A stretch of 64,000 nt of DNA. It comes from Octopus sinensis. Its lineage: Eukaryota. Each line of letters starts with the position of its first letter. Position 1 is the stretch's first letter. The notes below the pieces were generated by a model that worked only from the letters and a program-made list of their open reading frames with translations, had not been told where the DNA came from and made no database searches. The translations under genes were made by a program, and so were the position numbers. The stretch is taken from positions 40,796,001 through 40,860,000 of the forward strand of contig NC_043009.1 in NCBI RefSeq assembly GCF_006345805.1. The letters are read 5' to 3'. Shown piece by piece: positions 51,234 through 62,616 of this stretch.

Positions 51234-51988
51234 TACATTTGCATTCTACAAATGTTGCTAAGAGTTGTGTTGTCTCTTCTAAGAACATAGCATTTGCTTG
51301 CTTTGCACCTTTGAAAACATGAAAAATAAAAGGCCCCCATACTTGAGAAATTGGTGGAGGTTAAAAATAGGAGGGGCATTTGATTGCAAAACAATACCTC
51401 GACAACCCCTTCCTATATGAGAATACAAGCAAAACCGAACGAACAAATTTTGGTATGGACATTGTCTATTCCAGTCTTGAGCACGTTGATAGTAAAAAAA
51501 TATTTTAAATATAAATTATTATAAAGCTCCTTAAGGGAGGTAACTTAGCAGTAACGGTAGAGCACCTTATTTATGATGTAATTATTGCTTTCATTTTATC
51601 TCTCTCTCTTTTACTTGTTTCAGTCATTTGACTGCGGCCATGCTGGAGCACCGCCTTTAGTCGAGCAAATCGACCCCGGGACTTATTCTTTGTAAGCCCA
51701 ATACTTATTCTATCGGTCTCTTTTGCCGAACCGCTAAGTGACGGGGACGTAAACACACCAGCAAGGCTGGCAAACGGCCACGATCAGATGGTGCTTTTTA
51801 CTTGCCACCGGCACGGGGGCCAGGCGAGGCAGGCAACGGCCACGATCGGATAGTGCTTTTTACGTGCTACCAGCACGAGGCCAGTCGGGATTTGAAAAAT
51901 TACAATCTTATATTTCTGATAATTTAATCTTTTGTTTGTATAGTTTTTTAAAATATTTGTCATTTTTTTTTTTTTTTTTACTCTATAG

Positions 51989-52654
51989 GTATCCGTTGGA
52001 CTGATCCAAAATACAGAACCTAGGATACGTTCTTATGTGGAAAGCTTGTCTCCTGCACACTTACGGGCATCTCTAGCCGACATTGCCTACAATGCCAATG
52101 GAGACTTGATGATAGCTACCACCGATGGTATGCCGTCTTCTGCCATTCAATGTTTTCTTGTGTCTTTGTCCATGGAGCAGACCAGCTGCGTCATCACGAG
52201 TCGTGCCAGTGCTAGTCTGTACGTGAAGTGTCACACAGAAGCCAGTGGAGGGGTTGGTGTCGTTGGCCGGCCGACTGGCCCGACAGCTGCTAGCGGTGTT
52301 GACCAACAGAACTTCTGTGTCACACACGTTCAGTTTGTGAACAAGGACTATAGTGATACACTTGTGATCTGTGTTGGTGGTCAGAACTTCAGCTGGATCG
52401 ATTTCTGGCAGTTAGTGGAACAGACGCATTCCTTGCACAGGATGTTCCATACCAACAGTAAGCCGAACACTGTCTATAAAACCCCCAAATGGATGCATAA
52501 AGCTACGGTTACACACAACACCATGGTGACGGCTATAGCTGGGCCTAAGCTACCAACGATGCCTTGTGGTATGGAAACCAGTGGCTTCACGCCTTACATT
52601 GCAGTTGCCTACAGAAATGGTATTATTAAGTTGATTCACCGCTACAGTTTCCAG
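51989..52654 (+). CDS. MED16: MED16 exon 5 (VSVGLIQNTEPRIRSYVESLSPAHLRASLADIAY...LIHRYSFQ)
   Basis: Poly-T plus CTATAG acceptor, CAG|GTAAAC donor, 666 nt open, in frame with ORF 52037..52684; LADIAY, THVQF and GPKLP motifs. Confidence 0.95.
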
Positions 52655-52974
52655 GTAAACATTTTTAATTACCCTTTTAATTAATCTGTCAAATGTAATG
52701 CTCATTTAGTCACAATGTTTTGTAGCAATCATGCAATCAATCTCTGAGACTTGGATGATGTGATTGTTTATTTGTCCAGATCTGGCTGGTTTAAACATAA
52801 AACAAATAGAATATTTGGGTCTGATATAGCTGGTTTGAAAGCTAAAGGGTTGATTTATCTTCTTTAAGTGGCCACAACTGAGATGCATTTCACAAGAACT
52901 TGAGTTCCTCCGTTACCTTTAGTCGGTCCTCAATTTCATATTTATGTGCCTCCTGCTAATAATATTAATGTAGG

Positions 52975-53395
52975 AGTGACACAGGAGTGGCTGTGTGGTA
53001 AGTAGCTTGTTTACCAACCACATGGTTCTGGGTTCAGTCCCACTGCGTGGCACCTTGGGCAAGTGTCTTCTACTATAGCCTCGGGCCGACCAAAGCCTTG
53101 TGAGTGGATTTGGTAGACGGAAACTGAAAGAAGCCCGTCGTATATATGTATATATATATATATATATATATGCGTGTGTGTGTTTGTGTGTCTGTGTTTG
53201 TCCCCCTAGCATTGCTTGACAACCAATGCTGGTGTGTTTATGTCCCCGTAACTTAGCGGTTTGGCAAAAGAGACCGATAGAATAAATACTCGGCTTACAA
53301 AAGAATAAGTCCCGGGGTCGAGTTGCTCGATTAAAGGCGGTGCTCCAGCATGGCCGCAGTCAAATGACTGAAACAAGTAAAAGAGTAAAAGAGAG
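52975..53395 (+). mobile_element. CORE-type SINE
   Basis: Same family; tail ends (GTAAAAGA)n. Confidence 0.87.
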
Positions 53396-53499
53396 TAGTT
53401 CTGTGGTCTTTGTCCTTTACTGGGGCACTGAAGTCTCTGAAACCTAACTTCGCTTCTACTTTTTATTCTGATTTTATTATTCATCTAATTAATAAAGTA

Positions 53500-53722
53500 C
53501 AAGCGTCCCCTGCTTTACAGAAATGTTTTGTTTCTGAAATCGTGCCATAATGTAGAACGCTTTAGTATGAACCCTATTTTCTCATTGATTTCCGTTCCAA
53601 AGAATGGGAACATCGATGATAGAATAATATTCGCGTTACAGAAACCCACGTTGAGTAAATATTTTCAGAGGCGGAACGTTCCCGTAAAGCGGCGCTGTTA
53701 TAGCAGCAATCAAATTATGTAA
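53500..53722 (+). mobile_element. Possible pogo/Tigger-like MITE end
   Basis: TA|CAAGCGTCCCCTGCTTTAC terminus; other end not seen. Confidence 0.3.
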
Positions 53723-54180
53723 TCTCTTATTATAAAAGGCAGATTTTATCTGCCTCCCTTTGGGAGTTATACAAATCTACAATATAGGATTTCTTCAATT
53801 ACAATTTACCTGGCATTTTTGAGAGTACAATGCATCGCGTCATGCCAGGTCCAGTTTTTAAAATTTAAACTCCAATTAAGCAAAATTTACAGAAAACTCA
53901 CATTCTGGTGTGTGTGTCAAATGCTTTTCTTAGTCTGGTTTACACCACACGCAAACGCACACACACAGTGGGCAACGAATAAAATGAAACTAATTCACTT
54001 ACTGTGGTGAGTGATTCTTTCACTCTGCCTCCCACTTCCTCTTACACGCAAATATATAAATAAAATTGTAAGCTAACGTGCGTGTGTGTGTGTGTGTGTG
54101 TGCGCGTGTGTGTGTGTGTGTGACGGTGCGTGTGTGTGTGTGTGCGTGTGCGTGAGTGTGTGACAGGAAAGTTTTTTTAG
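53723..54180 (+). mobile_element. Helitron-like 5' portion with TG/CG microsatellite
   Basis: A|TCTCTTATTATAAAAGG start; no 3' hairpin or CTAG found. Confidence 0.45.
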
Positions 54181-54679
54181 ACGAATATAACACCTATATC
54201 CAAGTAGCAGAAAGATAAGACAGTAAGGTGTGATTTGAGGGAGATTTGGCTGCTATTTCTACCATGTCTAGCTGCCATGGGCTCATACATACATATATAC
54301 ATAGATAAGACAGTAAGGTGTGATTTGGGGGAAATTTTGCTGCTATTTCTACCAGGTCTAGCTACCATGTAGAGGTCCCCCTCAATTCTTTTATTCTTCT
54401 GCTTTTTCCAGCCATTGCTCTATGGCCATGCTGGGGCAATGCCTTGAAGAATTGTAGTTTAATGAATCAACTCCAGTTTTATTTTTGTAAGCATTGTACT
54501 TATTCTATCTGTTTTCTTTGTCAAACCACTAGGTGACAGGGATGTAAACAAACCAACATTCGTTGTCAAGCAGTGGTGGAGGACAATCACAAGCACAGAC
54601 ATGCACACACACACACATACATGCATACACATATACACACATACATACATACATATATATATATGTGTGTATATATATA

Positions 54680-55005
54680 TTGCAGCGTGGAAGGTGTTTG
54701 TAAGCCATTTAAGAAACACACAAAAACCGTTACATTCACTTCAACATTTAAATTTAATTTGCCAAAATATTTTCGTCGCTTTGAGACCGCGACCTGTTCA
54801 CTGACAAAAATATCGTGCTAACAGGTTGCGGTCTCAAAGCGACGAAAATATTTTGACAAATTTAATTTAAATGTTGAAGTGAATCTAACGGTTTTTGTGT
54901 GTTTCTTAAATGGCTTATAAACACCTTCAACGCCGCAACTGTTTTCGTTCCAGCACACGATCTCAGATCAAGTCACTTGCTATGCAAGTACATCTCTGTA
55001 ACTAT
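54680..55005. mobile_element. Palindromic element (119-bp arms, 21-bp spacer) carrying the G3:C8 hammerhead
   Basis: 54680-54798 and 54820-54938 inverted; the right side continues to a TA run at about 55005; TA runs on both flanks. Confidence 0.75.
54758..54808 (-). ncRNA. Hammerhead motif with G3:C8 swapped core (GUGAACA)
   Basis: Minus strand TTTGTCA-GTGAACA-G-GTCGC(GGTCTCAAA)GCGAC-GAAA-ATAT-TT-TGGCAAA; 7-bp helix I, perfect 5-bp helix II, palindromic AAAATATTTT. Confidence 0.68.
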
Positions 55006-55098
55006 ATATATATTTATATATATATATATATATATTGGTAAAAACAGTAAGATAACAAAAGAAAGAAAGAGACCTCAATATTATGTAAATAGAGGAAA

Positions 55099-55491
55099 TC
55101 TTTATAATTAAAAGTGAGGTTGTGTGTCTGTCTCCTACGATTTAGATTCCTAACTACTCCCACATTTTGCGGTGCAGTTTAACCAAAACCGGGTATCTTA
55201 TAGTCGTGATTCATATCGAGACCGTCTGGGTATTAGCGCGCGTCTACGATGAGTCTACGATTTAAAAAAAAAATTACCATCAATTTTTCCCATTTTTAAT
55301 CCATTTTTGAAATATATAAGGGAAGTAACTCTAAAATTTATTATTAAATCTCAGAACGTAAAAAGCTACAGTAACACCCCTCCCCCTTTGTGGTTAGCCA
55401 TATTGAGATGGCTATTATACTTTACATCTCTAAAAATGCTTATATAATTATTTCCCTTACAAACCCGAGCAACGCCGGGCGATACTGCTAG
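55099..55491 (+). mobile_element. Complete non-autonomous Helitron (393 bp)
   Basis: A|TC 5' end (TCTTTATAATTAAAAG...GTGTGTCTGTCT), 3' hairpin CCCG-AGCAACGC-CGGG, then CTAG|T. Confidence 0.85.
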
Positions 55492-55851
55492 TGGTTTATA
55501 AAACCTGGGCTCGATAACCAGATAATCGTATATGCCGATTTTTAAAAAAAAACTTTTATCATTGAGTTACGCCCCCTGGACAAGGTACATAACTCTGACT
55601 CTACTGAAGTTACAGTACACAAATGTCGCAATTTAACAACTGGACGATTTCGTCATTTGTAGTTACTGGGATTGACTAGTTGATGTAATCAGCTCAGATT
55701 ATTGAAGTCAGTGCTGTCCCAAGATGGCCGCAATCCAATGCTTAAATCCATATCTTCAACATCTCACTACACATGTAATTGACTCGATTATTTATCTTGT
55801 ACTTAGCCGTCGCTTTAACCAACAGATCCCAAATGTCTGATCTTAATGCAT

Positions 55852-56229
55852 ACTCTTTTACTTGTTTCAGTCATTTGACTGCGGCCATGCTGGAGCACCG
55901 CCTTTAGTCGAGCAAATCGACCCCGGGACTTATTCTTTGTAAGCCCAGTACTTATTCTATCGGTCTCTTTTGCCGAACCGCTAAGTTACGGGGACGTAAA
56001 CACACCAGCATTGGTTGTCAAGCAATGCTAGGGGAACAAACACACACACACAAACATACATATATACGACAGGCTTCTTTCAGTTTCCGTCTACCAAATC
56101 CACTCACAAGGCATTGGTTGGCCTGGGGCTATAGCAGAAGACACTTGCCCAAGATGCCATGCAGTGGGACTGAACCCGGAACCATGTGGTTGGTTAGCAA
56201 GCTACTTACCACACAGCCACTCCTGCGCA
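55852..56229 (-). mobile_element. CORE-type SINE
   Basis: Same family, full length. Confidence 0.87.
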
Positions 56230-56379
56230 TATATTAGAAACAATTTTTAATGGGTTGGCGGAATCATTGGATGAAATTTCTTGTGTTTATTTCGGGTTCT
56301 TTATATTCCCGTCTGTGGTCAGTGTAATTGAAATAACCCTTCCAACAACTTGTGACCTTGTACCCCTGTTATAAAATCG

Positions 56380-57180
56380 CTACTGTTATTGGAACTTTAC
56401 GTTCTGGGTTAAAATCCCACCAATGACAACTTTTCTCCTTGCTTATAAAACAGTGAACCAGTTATGCATTGGAGATGACGTGGTTGAACAATGTCCTCTC
56501 TTAAAAAATTGCTGGCCTCGTGCCTATTGTAGAAACCATTCTTATTAGGATGCTGGATTGGCCTAATTGTTCGTGCATCAGCAAAAGTTGCTTAGAGGTA
56601 TGTGTTCTGGCTCTTTAAGGTTTGAGCTCAATCCCTACCAAGGTCAGTTTTGCCTTTCATATCTCCAGGTTTGATAAATAAAATACAGTACCAGTCAAAT
56701 ACTGGGGTCAATGTAGTTAACTAATCTGCTCTCTTCAAGATTTGCTGACATTTTTCTTGCTTTTTATGTTCTGAGTTCAAATTCTGACGAGGTTAGCTTT
56801 ACCCTTAATTGTTTCAGGATTGATAAAATATCAGTTGAACACTGGGGTTAAGGTAATTGACTTAGTCCCCTACCATAAAAAATTTCAGGCTTTCTGCCTA
56901 GAGTAGAAAGTATTATTATTATTATTATTACTATTATTATTATTTTTGTTTTTTATTTTATTTTAAGGCAGTGAGCTGGCAGAATCATTAGAACACTGGG
57001 CACAATGCTTAGTGGCTTTCCATCCATCTCTATGATCCAGGTTCAAATTCTGCCATGATTGACTTTTCCTTTCACCCTTTCAGGGTTGATAAATTAAGTA
57101 CCAGTTGAACACTGGGGTTCATGTAATTGACTTAGACCCTCCATTGAAATTACTGGCCTTGTGCTAAAATTTAAAACCAT
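56380..57180 (+). mobile_element. Cluster of degenerate Meta-like SINE copies
   Basis: Repeated GAGTTCAAATT...GATAAA...GTACCAG...CTGGGGT motifs. Confidence 0.6.
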
Positions 57181-57185
57181 TATTA

Positions 57186-57219
<34 letters not shown>

Positions 57220-57261
57220 GTGTTTTACACAGAAATCATTATTACTATTATTTCTCCTTAG

Positions 57262-57541
57262 GTAATTTATAACTGTTGTGTGGACCAATTTCGGGAACTT
57301 AGTATCCCGGAAAAGCGTAATCTCAATCACAACCAACCTCCTTCCCACCTGTCAGTGCTATTACAGACACACAGCAGTTGCGGGATGATTGGTGTAAAAG
57401 ACAACAACATCTATTTGTTCCGCTCTGTCAATACTAACGATGCTGGTGTCCAGATGTCACCCTCCTATATAGTGCTCCTGCTTGAGTACGCTGCAACGAC
57501 AGGCTGGGACTGGTGGGATATTCTCTTAGCCACCAAACAGA
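57262..57541 (+). CDS. MED16: MED16 exon 6 (VIYNCCVDQFREL...LLLEYAATTGWDWWDILLATKQ)
   Basis: CCTTAG acceptor, GTGAGT donor, 280 nt phase 1; LLEY..TG.DWWDILL is a MED16 hallmark. Confidence 0.96.
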
Positions 57542-58470
57542 GTGAGTATTCTATCTTCTATAATCTTCATGTGTTTTTTTTTTTCTTTCTGTACTTAGGT
57601 TGCAGGCGTGGTTGTGTGGTAAGCAGTTGGAACCTTTGGCAAAGTGTCTTGCACTATAGCTTTGGGCTGACCAAAGCTTTGCGAGTGGATTTGGTAGAGT
57701 GAACTGAAACAAGCCTATCATTTATGTATGTCTTTGTGTATGTGTTTACATCCCTGTAACTTAGCAGTTCGGCAAAAGAAACCGATAAGATTAGTATCTG
57801 GCTTTATAAAAGAATATGTATGTACTGGGGCTTATAAGTTTGGCTAAAATTCTTGAAGGCTATGCTCCAGCATGACCATAGTCTAATGACTGAAACCAGT
57901 AAAAGATAAAAGAAGCTGAAAGTATGGGATCTAATAGTGATGGCAAGTGGCCCAGTGGTTTGGGTGTTACACTCATGATTGCAAGATTGTGGTTTCAATT
58001 CCTGCACCAGGTGGTGCATAGTGTTTTTGAACAAAACACTTCATTTCATGTTACTCCAGTACACTCTGCTGTAAATGAGTAACTCTGTGACCTGGAGTCC
58101 TGTTCAAAGGGAATGTTGTGATCTTGGACACTTATCATCACCATCATCAGCAGTTAATGTCCGCTGTCCATACTAGCATGGGTTGGATGTTTTGACCAGA
58201 GCTGGTAAGGCCACGGGAAGCACCAGACTCCATTGTCTTTTCTGGCATGGTTTCCATGGCTGGATGCCCCTCCTAACGTCAACCATCCCACAGAGTGTAC
58301 TGGGTGCTTTTAATGTGGTACCAGTACTAATGCTTTAAATGTGACACCAACACCAGTACTTTTTATGTGACATATGATTGTAAGGTTGGGAGTTCAATTG
58401 CCAGCTGCATGTAGTGTCCTTGCGCAAGACATTTTATTTCATGATGCTGACAAAAACGAGTAGTACCTGT

Positions 58471-58838
58471 AGGCGCAGGAGTGGCTGTGTGGTAAGTAGC
58501 TTGCTAACCAACCACACGGTTGCGGGTTCAGTCCCACTGCGTGGCATCTTGGGCAAGTGTCTTCTGCTATAGCCCCGGGCCGACCAATGCCTTGTGAGTG
58601 GATTTGGTAGACGGAAACTGAAAGAAGCCTGTCGTATATATGTATATATATGTATATGTGTGTGTGTTTGTGTGTCTGTGTTTGTCCCCCTAGCATTGCT
58701 TGACAACCGATGCTGGTGTGTTTACGTCCCCGTCACTTAGCGGTTCGGCAAAAAGAGACCGATAGAATAAGTACTAAAAGGTGGTGCTCCAGCATGGCCG
58801 CAGTCAAATGACTGAAACAAGTAAAAGAGTAAAAGAGA
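58471..58838 (+). mobile_element. CORE-type SINE nested in an older SINE (58385-59020)
   Basis: The host element, related to 15965-16290, resumes after the insert; short GTA/TA duplication at the junctions. Confidence 0.82.
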
Positions 58839-59695
58839 GAGTATTTCAAAGAGCCAGCCTTGTCATATTCTGTGTCATGCTGAATCTCCCTAAGAACTCT
58901 GTTAAGAATATGGGTGTCTGAGGAGTGCTCAGCTGCTTGTGCATTCATTTCATGACCAGGCTCTTCCGCTGATAAGATCAACTGAAACCCTTGTCATTGT
59001 AACCAACGAAGTGCCAGTTTTTTTATATGTTTATATGTGCCAGAGAGGCTAACTGGCTTCCGTGCCGGTGGCACATAAAAAGGACCATTCAAGCGTGATC
59101 GTTACCAGCGTCGCCTTACTGGCACATGAAAATAACATTCGATTGAGGTCATTGCCAGTGCTGTTGGACTGGCTCCTGTGCAGGTGGCACGTGTAAAAAA
59201 CACTATTTGAGCGTGGCTTTTGCCAGTACCACCTGACTGGCCCTCGTGCCGGCGGCACGTAAAAGCACCTACTATATTCTTGGAGTGGTTGGCGTTAGGA
59301 AGGGCATCCAACTGTAGAAACTCTGCCAGATCAAGATTGGAGCCTGGTGCAGCCATCTGGTTCACCAGTCCTCAGTCAAATCGTCCAACCCATGCTAGCA
59401 TGGAAAGCGGACGTTAAACGATGACGATGATGTGTAGGGTGGGTGTATACACACACTTATATACACATGTATATTTGTGTTTGTTGTTGTTTAGTGTTGG
59501 TTCGACTGTAATCGATCTAGCCCATAATCAGAAGCACTCCAGAAATGACATTCTCTGTATCTACGACTGCATTATCCAGTGTGTCTTCTTTTTATAATAT
59601 ACAGGTAAATTTGGCCGCTGTTTCCAGCAGTGTAAGTAACTGTACATAGACACACCAGCACAGAAGAATTGAAACTGTTTACTTATCTTTTGTAG

Positions 59696-59925
59696 GTATG
59701 ATAGAGGACATTTGTCAAAAGCTGAACGACAACTTCCAGAAGCAGCCAACAGCAGTTCAAGAATTGATGTGTTCTCGTCTTTTGGCCATCAAAATGGCTT
59801 TGTACAAAAGTAGTGCCAACAGCTACCATCTAGCAGCTGACTGTCAAGCTAAACTCCTCCTCTACACAATCGCATCTGTCTTTAAAGGAATTCTGCGTCC
59901 ACGGCAAATATCTTCCCAAGATAAT
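59696..59925 (+). CDS. MED16: MED16 exon 7 (SMIEDICQKLNDNFQKQPTAVQELMCSRLLAIKMALY...ILRPRQISSQDN)
   Basis: TTTTGTAG acceptor, GTATGT donor, 230 nt; phase matches exons 6 and 8. Confidence 0.93.
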
Positions 59926-60100
59926 GTATGTACCAGCTTAGACCAAGGAACTTTCCTTTAAAAATTTCACAGCAGATTTTTGTTCTGTTTTGTTTCTATT
60001 TATATGTTAGTATTTAATGTGGCAATTCTGTAAGTTCTGCCACATGCATGAGACTGCTAAAATAGCCCCGGATTTCAGAAACTGGGGCACTTTTTATTTT

Positions 60101-60475
60101 AGGCGCAGGAGTGGCTGTGTGGTAAGTAGCTTGCTAACCAACCACATGATTCCGGGTTCAGTCCCGCTGCGTGGCATCTTGGGCAAGTGTCTTCTGCTAT
60201 AGCCCCGGGCCGACCAATGCCTTGTGAGTGGATTTGGTAGACGGAAACTGAAAGAAGCCTGTCATATATATGTATATATATATATATGTATGCGTCTGTG
60301 TTTGTCCCCCTAGCATTGCTTGACAACCAATGCTGGTGTGTTTACGTCCGGCAAAAAGAGACCGATAGAATAAGTACTGGACTTACAAAGAATAAGTCCC
60401 GGGGTCGATTTGCTCGACTAAAGGCGGTGCTCAAGCATGGCCGCAGTCAAATGACTGAAACAAGTAAAAGAAAGA
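60101..60475 (+). mobile_element. CORE-type SINE with internal deletion
   Basis: Same family. Confidence 0.85.
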
Positions 60476-61419
60476 TAAGGATATAGATGCAGATGCTGCT
60501 GTTTGATTGAGAAGTTTCCTTCTCAATCACATGGTTTCAACTTCACACCCATTGTGTGTCACCTTAAGCAAGTGTCTTCTACTACAGTCCTTGAGTGGTT
60601 TTGGCAGAAGGAACTGAAAGAAGCTCATCGTTTATATATATGTATTTACAATGTCTTTTAATGGCTGATCTCCATGCTGGCATGGGTTGGACGGTTTGCA
60701 AGGAGCTGGCTAACTGGATGCTGAAGCTATGATGATGCTTGTGCTTGAATCAGTTCGATCTCTAGTTAACCTCAGGCATCATATTCCTCAATATGTACCA
60801 AGTTCTAGATGGGATTTGAACTAGGAACCTATCTTCCTGGACTAAAAGTAATAATGTTCTTATCATTGAGTCCACTAATGCATGTTCTCTGTATCAGCAG
60901 CCTAGTGAATAACAATTATTATTACCCTCCCCTCTAAATTGTTGGCCCAGGGCTAAAATCTATTATTTGTCACTTGTTTCATCGCTTGCTGAAACAATTG
61001 CTAAAAACTTAGTTTTGTATGAAAAGGGTGTTGGCTGTGTGATAAGAATTTGCTTCCTAACAACATGGCTCCGAGTTCATTTCCACTGCGTGGCACCTTG
61101 GGCAAGTGCCTTCTGCTAGAGCCCCAGGCTAACTAAAGCTTTGTCAGTGGTTGTGGTTGATGGAAACGAAAAGCCACCTTTATGTTTGTCGGCCCTCACT
61201 GCTTGACTACTGGAGTCCAGTCCTGTTGTTTACATCTCTGGAACTTAGCAGTTCAATGTAAAGATAGTGATAGAATAAGTCTAGGCTAGGCTTTAAAAGA
61301 AGTACTGGGATCGTTCGCTTGACTAAACCCTTCAAGTCAGTACCATAGCACTATCACAGTAAAAGACTGTTTTAAAATTTTCTGTTTTTTTCTATATATA
61401 ATTTGTTTTTCCATTATAG

Positions 61420-61522
61420 AATCCTGCTGAGAAACTATCAATGCTTTGTAACAAAAGCAGTGAATCAGAATTATTGATTCTGCTGACAAATTTAGAATTC
61501 AGTGATTTCCTCGTTGATGCTG
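61420..61522 (+). CDS. MED16: MED16 exon 8 (NPAEKLSMLCNKSSESELLILLTNLEFSDFLVDA)
   Basis: ATTATAG acceptor, GTAAGT donor, 103 nt; resembles MED16 SPGDRLTEICTK...NLKTEEF. Not in the ORF track. Confidence 0.9.
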
Positions 61523-62319
61523 GTAAGTACCCTACAAGTTTGTCATAAACAATAATTTAATATCAGCACTAACCAATAATACTGTAGGGGTATCTCCTGT
61601 TTTCCAACATCATCATTTTTATTATTGTTTAGTGTTTCCTTTCTATGTTGGCATGGGTTGGACGGCTTGACAGGAACTGGCCAAGCAGAAGACTGCATCA
61701 GACGTCTGTGTCAGTTTTGGCCTGGTTTTTATAGCTGGATGCCCTTCCTAACGCCAACCACCCTGCAGAGTGGACTGAGTGCCTTTTATGTAGCATGAGC
61801 CAGTGGCACGTAAAAAGCACCATCTGAACATGGTTGATGCCTTGACTGGCTTTCATGCCGGTGGCACGTAAAAAGCACCAATCCAATCGTGGCCATTGCC
61901 AGCCTCACCTGTGCCGGTGGCACATAAAAAGCACCCACTACACTCTCGGAGTGGTTGGCGTTAGGAAGGGCATCCAGCTGTAGAAACACTGCCAGATCAG
62001 ACTGGAGCCTGGTGCAGCCTTCTGGCTTCCCAGACCCCAGTTGAACCGTCCAACCCATGCTAGCATGGAGAACGGACGTTAAACGATGATGATTTCTGTT
62101 GAAATGCAATGCCTTTGTTTCTTAATAAGTTAATGAAATAACTGTTATTCAGCTGGTATTTGGAACATAACATATAATTTTAATGGATCTCTTTATGTCA
62201 TAGCATCAGAGTTGGTATTAGGCAGGCTGATATTGAAAGTGAACTGTGCAAGTCCAGAGCCAACTCCTTGCCTTCATTCCCAGTAGACCGGTGCCTGACC
62301 CATGGCAGAACCTTATTTT

Positions 62320-62616
62320 GTTGTTGTTTGTTCCTTCTCGAGCTCATTAGGGCTGGTTTCCCAGTTTACTTGTCATATAGGTTCCTCACCTGGATGGGAC
62401 ACAGGCCTGTCGCAGGTGAGCTGCAAGATGCAGGAGGAAAGAGTGAGAGAAAATTGTGGTGAAAGAGTCAGCAGAAGTTCGCCATTACCTTCTGCCAGAG
62501 CCGCGTGCAGCTTAGGTGTTTCGCTCATAAACACACACAGCGCCTGGTCTGAGATTCGAACCCACGATCCTTCGACCGCGAGTCCACTACTCTAACCACT
62601 TGGCCATGTGCCTCCA
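62320..62616 (-). mobile_element. tRNA-headed V-like SINE
   Basis: 14-bp TSD CAGAACCTTATTTT at 62306 and 62617; same family as 39009. Confidence 0.85.

Noticed and set aside
53340-53380. SINE tail CAGTC-AAAT-GACTG-AAAC resembling hammerhead helix II plus GAAAC
   Set aside because: No CUGANGA-like core or helix I upstream in any copy.
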